64,000 nucleotides of DNA from assembly GCA_046483495.1 (NCBI GenBank), contig JAWODC010000090.1, positions 89,785 to 153,784 on the forward strand, in the 5' to 3' direction. Position numbers and translations under genes: made by a program. The stretch is from Desulfobacterales bacterium (GTDB lineage Bacteria; Desulfobacterota; Desulfobacteria; Desulfobacterales; UBA5616). Numbering within the stretch: position 1 is the stretch's first letter; every line of letters begins with the position of its first letter. Positions 58,948 to 64,000 of the stretch are shown here, in pieces. The notes beneath the pieces were generated by a model. That model was not told where the DNA came from and did no database searches. It saw only the letters and a program-made list of their open reading frames with translations.

Positions 58948-59451
58948 ACGGTGAACAGTGAACAGTGAACAGTGAACGGTGAACGGGAAAAAACGGGTCA
59001 GGGGTTAGGGGTTTTTAGTTGATTTGGTTCTATTAGAAAAAAATTTAGACCCCGATGAAACAAAAAGACAGGTTTCATTGGGTAAACACGGATTACTGAG
59101 GGTTTCACGGGGCAGGCACGGATTACGCGGTTATATATGGAAAGAATCGGATCGGTGCTAATTTAAAAAAAATAGAAAACCGCACGCTTTTTGAATTTCT
59201 AATTTAGGATTTGGAAAATTGTTTCAGCCCGCCCTGGTGCGACATACTATGTTACAGTACAAGAACTTTTATAAACTAAACCGTGGGCTTAGGAAAAAAA
59301 TAGATGGTGATCGGTCTGGGCCAGGGCCCGCCCTGGTGCGACTACCTATGGTCCGAAGAGATCAAAACTTTTTATCACGCTAAAGGAGTTCATTATAATT
59401 TATGCAAAAACGGTCTGGGCCAGGGATTTCGTGCTTCGTATTTCGAATTTT
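58944..59451. repeat. Composite intergenic repeat region D
   Basis: (GTGAACR) x6 at 58944-58985 overlaps the stop codon. Block 59008-59197 is homologous to 57926-58050. Two 99-bp cassettes at 59228-59425 split a TTTCGDA-type block. Confidence 0.88.
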
Positions 59452-60817
59452 CTTATTGGGGAAAAACCCGGATGGTGGGAAAATAAAGCCCCAAAGCACA
59501 CCTGTTTTCCATTTTTCCTCACCTGTTTTTCTTTACCTTTTATCGCTGGTTCTATTATTTCTCCTTCTCCCCACAGGGACTTTCGCCTCCCCTACCCTGC
59601 CCATTTCCGGCCAACTCCGATTCACCGGGACGGTTTCCGACGTAGAACCCGATTCCCTCCTGGGGGTATTTGAAGAGGGTAATTACTTCGACGGCCAGGC
59701 AGACCTCCGGCTGATGAATACGCACTATTTTTCAGATCGGGTGTACCTGGTCACGCACTACGAAGCGGTGACTGCCGGCGGCGACACCCGGGAGCAGACC
59801 AATGAACTACTGGACCTTATCGGCACTTCCGGACCGGCGATCATTTTTCGGGACTACCCGATCGAAGACGACCGGCGCCTGATGGACCTGACCCACATCG
59901 TTTCCGATGAAAATGGCCGCATCGCCTATCATCGCCTGGACAGGCTGGCGCTGGGCATTCGCTATAAACGGGGCGCCGTGATTATCGGCCGCCAGGCCCA
60001 GACCTGGGGGAACGGCCTCATCTTCAATCCCATGGATCTGTTCAACCCGTTTGCCCCGACCGATATTCGGCGGGATTACAAAATCGGCGACGATATGATC
60101 TCGGCCTCATTCTCGACCGGCCGGCTCGGGGATGTCCAGGTGCTTGCCGTCCCCCGAAGGGATTTGGAGCACGACATCAGGTGGGACGCATCCTCGCTGG
60201 CGGCAAAATGGCATGTGTCCAGAGGGACCCTGGAATTGGACTTCATGGGTGCGCGGCACTATGACGATTATGTCGTCGGACTGGGAGGTGCGGGATACCT
60301 CGGGAATGCGGCATGGCGGATGGATGGGACCTGGACCTTTTTAAAGGATGATCCGAATGCCTTCGAGGAGGACGACGGCTTTTTCACGTTCGTGGCGAAT
60401 ATGGATTATTCGTGGGTTTGGGGAGGAAAAAATTTCTACGGATTTTTGGAATTCCATCATAACGGTCTCGGTCGGACGGATTATATCGAAGCCTTCTTCG
60501 ATATGAACGTGCTCGAAAGGCTGGAGCGGGGCGAAATTTTTACCTTGGGCCGATATTACCTGAGCGGACTGGTCCAATTCGAAATTCACCCCCTGGTCAA
60601 TCTCTTCTGCACCGTCATCGAAAACCTGGAGGACCCTTCGGGCGTCGTTCTGCCCCGGCTGTTGTGGAACGCGAAACAAAACCTTCAAATCACCCTGGGC
60701 GCTTCCATTTTCACCGGTGGAACGGACACGGAATTCGGGGGAATCGGGATTCCGTTTACGCCTGTTTATCTTAAATCGGCAAACAATGCGTTTGTTTGGG
60801 TTACTTGGTATTTTTAA
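59402..60817 (+). CDS. Putative outer-membrane beta-barrel protein associated with the ABC operon
   Basis: Hydrophobic signal segment, HRLDRL, GRQ..TWG.G..FNP.D.FNPF.P, and a terminal aromatic WVTWYF. Start is uncertain (ATG 59402 or TTG 59456). Confidence 0.7.
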   Translation: MQKRSGPGISCFVFRIFLLGKNPDGGKIKPQSTPVFHFSSPVFLYLLSLVLLFLLLPTGTFASPTLPISGQLRFTGTVSDVEPDSLLGVFEEGNYFDGQADLRLMNTHYFSDRVYLVTHYEAVTAGGDTREQTNELLDLIGTSGPAIIFRDYPIEDDRRLMDLTHIVSDENGRIAYHRLDRLALGIRYKRGAVIIGRQAQTWGNGLIFNPMDLFNPFAPTDIRRDYKIGDDMISASFSTGRLGDVQVLAVPRRDLEHDIRWDASSLAAKWHVSRGTLELDFMGARHYDDYVVGLGGAGYLGNAAWRMDGTWTFLKDDPNAFEEDDGFFTFVANMDYSWVWGGKNFYGFLEFHHNGLGRTDYIEAFFDMNVLERLERGEIFTLGRYYLSGLVQFEIHPLVNLFCTVIENLEDPSGVVLPRLLWNAKQNLQITLGASIFTGGTDTEFGGIGIPFTPVYLKSANNAFVWVTWYF

Positions 60818-60874
60818 ACGGCCCTTTGTGAATTTCTAACCATTTCGAGGACGAAAAAGCCGGGGCAACAGTTA

Positions 60875-61020
60875 ATCGAAATCGGGATCGGTATCGGGAT
60901 CGATAAAATCCTATTCCGCAGTCATGGGAAAAATCAGAGCACTTATCAATTCCGGGATCAACAGACCTTATGAAGATTAAAACTAATCGATACCGATACC
61001 GATTTCGATCCCGATTTCGA
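60875..61020. repeat. Inverted hexamer arrays (ATCGRD) x5 / (HYCGAT) x6 around an 81-bp core
   Basis: atcgaa atcggg atcggt atcggg atcgat ... atcgat accgat accgat ttcgat cccgat ttcga. Confidence 0.88.
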
Positions 61021-61068
61021 ACGGGCAAGGCAAGCGATTAGGAAGTGAGCATTTAAGAATAACTTATC

Positions 61069-62289
61069 ATGGCATCGAAGATGAAACTACGCATTTGTAT
61101 CGTAACCAGTTCATTTCCCAGGCATCCAACCGATGCTTCGGGTATTTTTGTTTACAACCTCGCCAAGTGGCTGGCAAAAAAGGGCCTGGCGCTCAACGTC
61201 ATAGCCCCCCATGATAACGGCAGCCGATTCAAAGAGACATTAGACGGCATCACCATCCACCGGTTTCCGTACTTTTTCCCCTTCCAACTGCAGAAGCTCA
61301 GTTACCGCTCGGGCATTATGAAAAACATCCGGCAGCAACCTGCAACGGCCTCATTGATTCCGGTTTTTCTGCTGTCGGAGACCCTCTGCACGCTGTTTAT
61401 CGCCAAACGAATAAGGCCCGATATCCTGCATGCCCATTGGACCATTCCCCAGGGGATTTCCGGCGTCATCTGCAAAAAGCTCCTGAAAATCCCACTGGTC
61501 ACCACCGTCCATGGCTCCGATATTTTCAGCTTCAGCCGGTCGAAATTAAATTCTCTGAATACATGGATTCTGAAACATTCGACTGCCTGCACCGTCAACA
61601 GCAGCGCAACGGCAGCGGCCGTCCACAAAATGGCGGGAATAGACCCCACCATTATCCCCATGGGGGTGGATACGGATTTTTTCAGACCGAAAAAGAAAAA
61701 GAAAACTGAAAAGGAATTAAACGGAAGATGGGAAAGAACAATTCTTTTCGTGGGCCGTTTAATCGACTGGAAAGGCGTGGATAACCTGGTGCGCGCCATG
61801 CCGCTCGTATTGGCGAAATTTCCTGCGTCCAGGCTGATTGTAGTCGGCGAAGGTTTGGAAAGGCAGCGGCTGGAAAACCTGTCAAGAGAGTTGGGTGTTG
61901 CCGGAAGCATCGATTTTACCGGCGGACTTTCGCAGAATGAAATCGTGGATTATTACCGGATGGCCGATGTTTTCGTCCTGCCGTCGATTATCAATGAAAA
62001 GGGCGAAACGGAAGGTCTGGGTGTTGTCCTGTTGGAGGCCCTGGCTTGCGGGGTTCCGGTGGTGGGCACGAAAGTGGGTGGGATCGTGGATATCATTGCC
62101 CATGAAAAAACCGGACTCCTCGTACCGCAGAAAAGTCCCGAAAAACTCGCCGGCAGCATTGTCCGGCTATTTGAAGAGGATGCGCTTCGGCAAGCGACCG
62201 CCAAAAACGGCAGGGAATTCATAGAAGCCCGGTTTTCCTGGAATGTCATATCCGATGCTTTTATTAAAACCTATAATTCCATTTCCTGA
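61069..62289 (+). CDS. Glycosyltransferase family 4
   Basis: HAHW, TVHGSD, FVGRLIDWKG and EGLGVVLLEA (EX7E). Confidence 0.92.
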   Translation: MASKMKLRICIVTSSFPRHPTDASGIFVYNLAKWLAKKGLALNVIAPHDNGSRFKETLDGITIHRFPYFFPFQLQKLSYRSGIMKNIRQQPATASLIPVFLLSETLCTLFIAKRIRPDILHAHWTIPQGISGVICKKLLKIPLVTTVHGSDIFSFSRSKLNSLNTWILKHSTACTVNSSATAAAVHKMAGIDPTIIPMGVDTDFFRPKKKKKTEKELNGRWERTILFVGRLIDWKGVDNLVRAMPLVLAKFPASRLIVVGEGLERQRLENLSRELGVAGSIDFTGGLSQNEIVDYYRMADVFVLPSIINEKGETEGLGVVLLEALACGVPVVGTKVGGIVDIIAHEKTGLLVPQKSPEKLAGSIVRLFEEDALRQATAKNGREFIEARFSWNVISDAFIKTYNSIS

Positions 62290-62458
62290 AATCATTAACC
62301 ATTTGATTAAACCAAATGTGTACGCCAAGGTTGGATTTTCGTATTTTCCGAGGGTTAAAGCAATCCGCTTTTTATTGACAACACAGCCTTCTTTGGCCTA
62401 TTTTGCATAAATTTTGAGGTAAGTTGAAAGCCAACGATTAAAAAAAAGGAGAAAAAGC

Positions 62459-62779
62459 ATGGCAGATGACAGCATCCTGAAATACAACAGCGAGGACATC
62501 CATTTCCAGGAAGAGGCCAAAAAACAAATTGAAAAACTGCGCGCTAATGCCCAAAAAGAAACCACCGAAGCATACGCCGCCGCTCATAAAAATCACTGTT
62601 TCCGGTGCGGAACACACAGCCTGGTGGAGGTAGAGCAGGGAAACGTTCACGTGGACATTTGCGTAAACGAGGGATGCGGCGCGGTTCACCTCGATCCCGG
62701 CGAACTGGAAAAGCTGCTGGAGGGCGAACGATCCGCTTTCGGCAAAATCAAAAAATCGGTTTTTTCGGTTTTCAAATAA
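62459..62779 (+). CDS. Small zf-TFIIB-like zinc-ribbon protein
   Basis: HCFRCG...VDICVNEGCGAVHLDPGELEKL; AAGGAG RBS. Confidence 0.75.
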   Translation: MADDSILKYNSEDIHFQEEAKKQIEKLRANAQKETTEAYAAAHKNHCFRCGTHSLVEVEQGNVHVDICVNEGCGAVHLDPGELEKLLEGERSAFGKIKKSVFSVFK

Positions 62780-62787
62780 AAAAAACG

Positions 62788-62831
62788 GGGGTTCAGGAAT
62801 GGGATTTAAACCTCCCAGCCTGTAACCCCCC
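62788..62831. terminator. Hairpin between convergent genes
   Basis: GGGGGTT-CAGG...CCTG-TAACCCCC preceded by an A-run, which is a T-tract on the minus strand. Confidence 0.5.
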
Positions 62832-62944
62832 GCATTTGCCTTCCGTTTCACAAATTCTCTGATCTTTTTCTCAAAACATGATTACTATTTCACCGCAATT
62901 AATCCTGTGATGCCTCTGACCAGCATAATAATGATAAACACCTT

Positions 62945-63976
62945 TTAACGATGAGCTGAGGCATCCAAAACCTCCTCGAACAATTCTTTATATTCCTTTA
63001 CCATTCGATCCAATGTAAAATATTTTTCAACTTTTGCCCGGTTGTATTCCCCCATTTCTTTTCTCATTTTCGGGGATTCAGCCAAGATGTTGATCTTTTC
63101 GGCAAAGTCATCCACGTCGCCTACAGAACACAGAAATCCGCCTTTTCCATGATCAACCAGTTCCGGAATTGCCGAACAATTACTTGCAACGACAGGCAAT
63201 CCGCAGGCCATTGCTTCGGCCACGGCATAACCGAAGCCTTCCAGGCGTGTCGGGAAAACCAGGATGTCCGATTGATTGTACAGATCAGACAGCCTTTCAG
63301 CCGTTACGTTCTCTATTATTTGCAAATTATCCGGACATTTTTTCATGTTCTTCGGTCTTTGAGAAACACATACGAGTTCAAATTTCCCTCCCAACCTTTT
63401 CATCACATCCAAAAGGATATCCACTCCCTTTCTTATAGACATAGTTCCGACAAAAATAAGTCGATGTAATGTATCGTCCCGGTTTGATTTCGGAATAAAA
63501 AGATTTTGGTTTATACCGTTATAAATTGTCACGACCGTATCTTCAGGTATTTGGAATTGAGAGCAAAAACTTTTTTTTGTTGACATGCTCACAGAAATTA
63601 TTCTGTCGGCATACTTTATAGATCTTTTTAGTCTGTTTTTGAGTAGTCCATAATGGTATGCTTTTTGATATAGTTTTGTAAATCTCTGGTATTCAGATTC
63701 AAACACATTATGATGAAGAACCAAGGTCATTTTCTTATTTAAGTCCTTGAAAAAATATCCATATTCACAATTGGCATGAATAAGATCGGCACTATACAAG
63801 TGTTTTAATAAAGTCTTATAATAAAATGGTATAAGCTCATGCTTATATTTCATCCAATGTATGTTCGCATCGCAACCTAACTTTTTGAAGCCATCGCACA
63901 AGCTGTTAAAATATATATCACTGCCTGAAAACGCCCTAATGGTCGGGAAGCACAATTTTGCATTCTTAATTCTCAT
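62945..63976 (-). CDS. Glycosyltransferase family 4 (AT-rich)
   Basis: IYNGI, FVGTMSIRKG and EGFGYAVAEAMACGLPVV. Confidence 0.9.
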   Translation of the reverse strand: MRIKNAKLCFPTIRAFSGSDIYFNSLCDGFKKLGCDANIHWMKYKHELIPFYYKTLLKHLYSADLIHANCEYGYFFKDLNKKMTLVLHHNVFESEYQRFTKLYQKAYHYGLLKNRLKRSIKYADRIISVSMSTKKSFCSQFQIPEDTVVTIYNGINQNLFIPKSNRDDTLHRLIFVGTMSIRKGVDILLDVMKRLGGKFELVCVSQRPKNMKKCPDNLQIIENVTAERLSDLYNQSDILVFPTRLEGFGYAVAEAMACGLPVVASNCSAIPELVDHGKGGFLCSVGDVDDFAEKINILAESPKMRKEMGEYNRAKVEKYFTLDRMVKEYKELFEEVLDASAHR

Positions 63977-64000
63977 TAATAACTCGTTAGTGGTTATAAA

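Noticed and set aside
59228..59425. CRISPR array
   Set aside because: Only two units with one full junction, cores of 68 nt that partly resemble each other, and no cas genes in the window.

Overview
A 64 kb window from a bacterial chromosome, most likely a Desulfobacterota (Desulfobacterales-like sulfate reducer). This is inferred from AOR, DUF362, DUF1847, PxxKW, rubredoxin and UGA-Sec usage. In order it carries an acyl-CoA/aldehyde catabolism patch (two family III CoA transferases, AOR, crotonase) and an unannotated UxxC DsbA/FrnE-like selenoprotein. A glycogen cluster follows (two-domain debranching enzyme, glgP, glgA, glgB), then corA, an acyl-CoA ligase-GNAT fusion, a MITE-disrupted sigma54 regulator pseudogene, groES/groEL, dksA, argJ, truA, clc, kdsD and pfk. 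Next come a four-gene DUF362 / FGGY kinase / sn-glycerol-1-phosphate dehydrogenase / alkyl-DHAP-synthase-like operon, a subtilase, a haloalkane dehalogenase relic and a sulfotransferase beside tRNA-Leu(CAG). The window ends with ribF-def-fmt-rsmB-PASTA-rpe-aroQ, a LolA/LolCDE-like ABC export operon and two GT4 glycosyltransferases. Best candidates for new biology: (1) the G1PDH plus alkyl-DHAP-synthase-like operon, possibly ether-lipid metabolism with archaeal stereochemistry; (2) nested 6/7/9-mer inverted repeats and hairpin cassettes filling the ABC-operon spacers, which could fold to bring stop and start codons together; (3) a promoter-leader-terminator arrangement upstream of the PxxKW gene. 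All calls come from reading the sequence; no searches were run.
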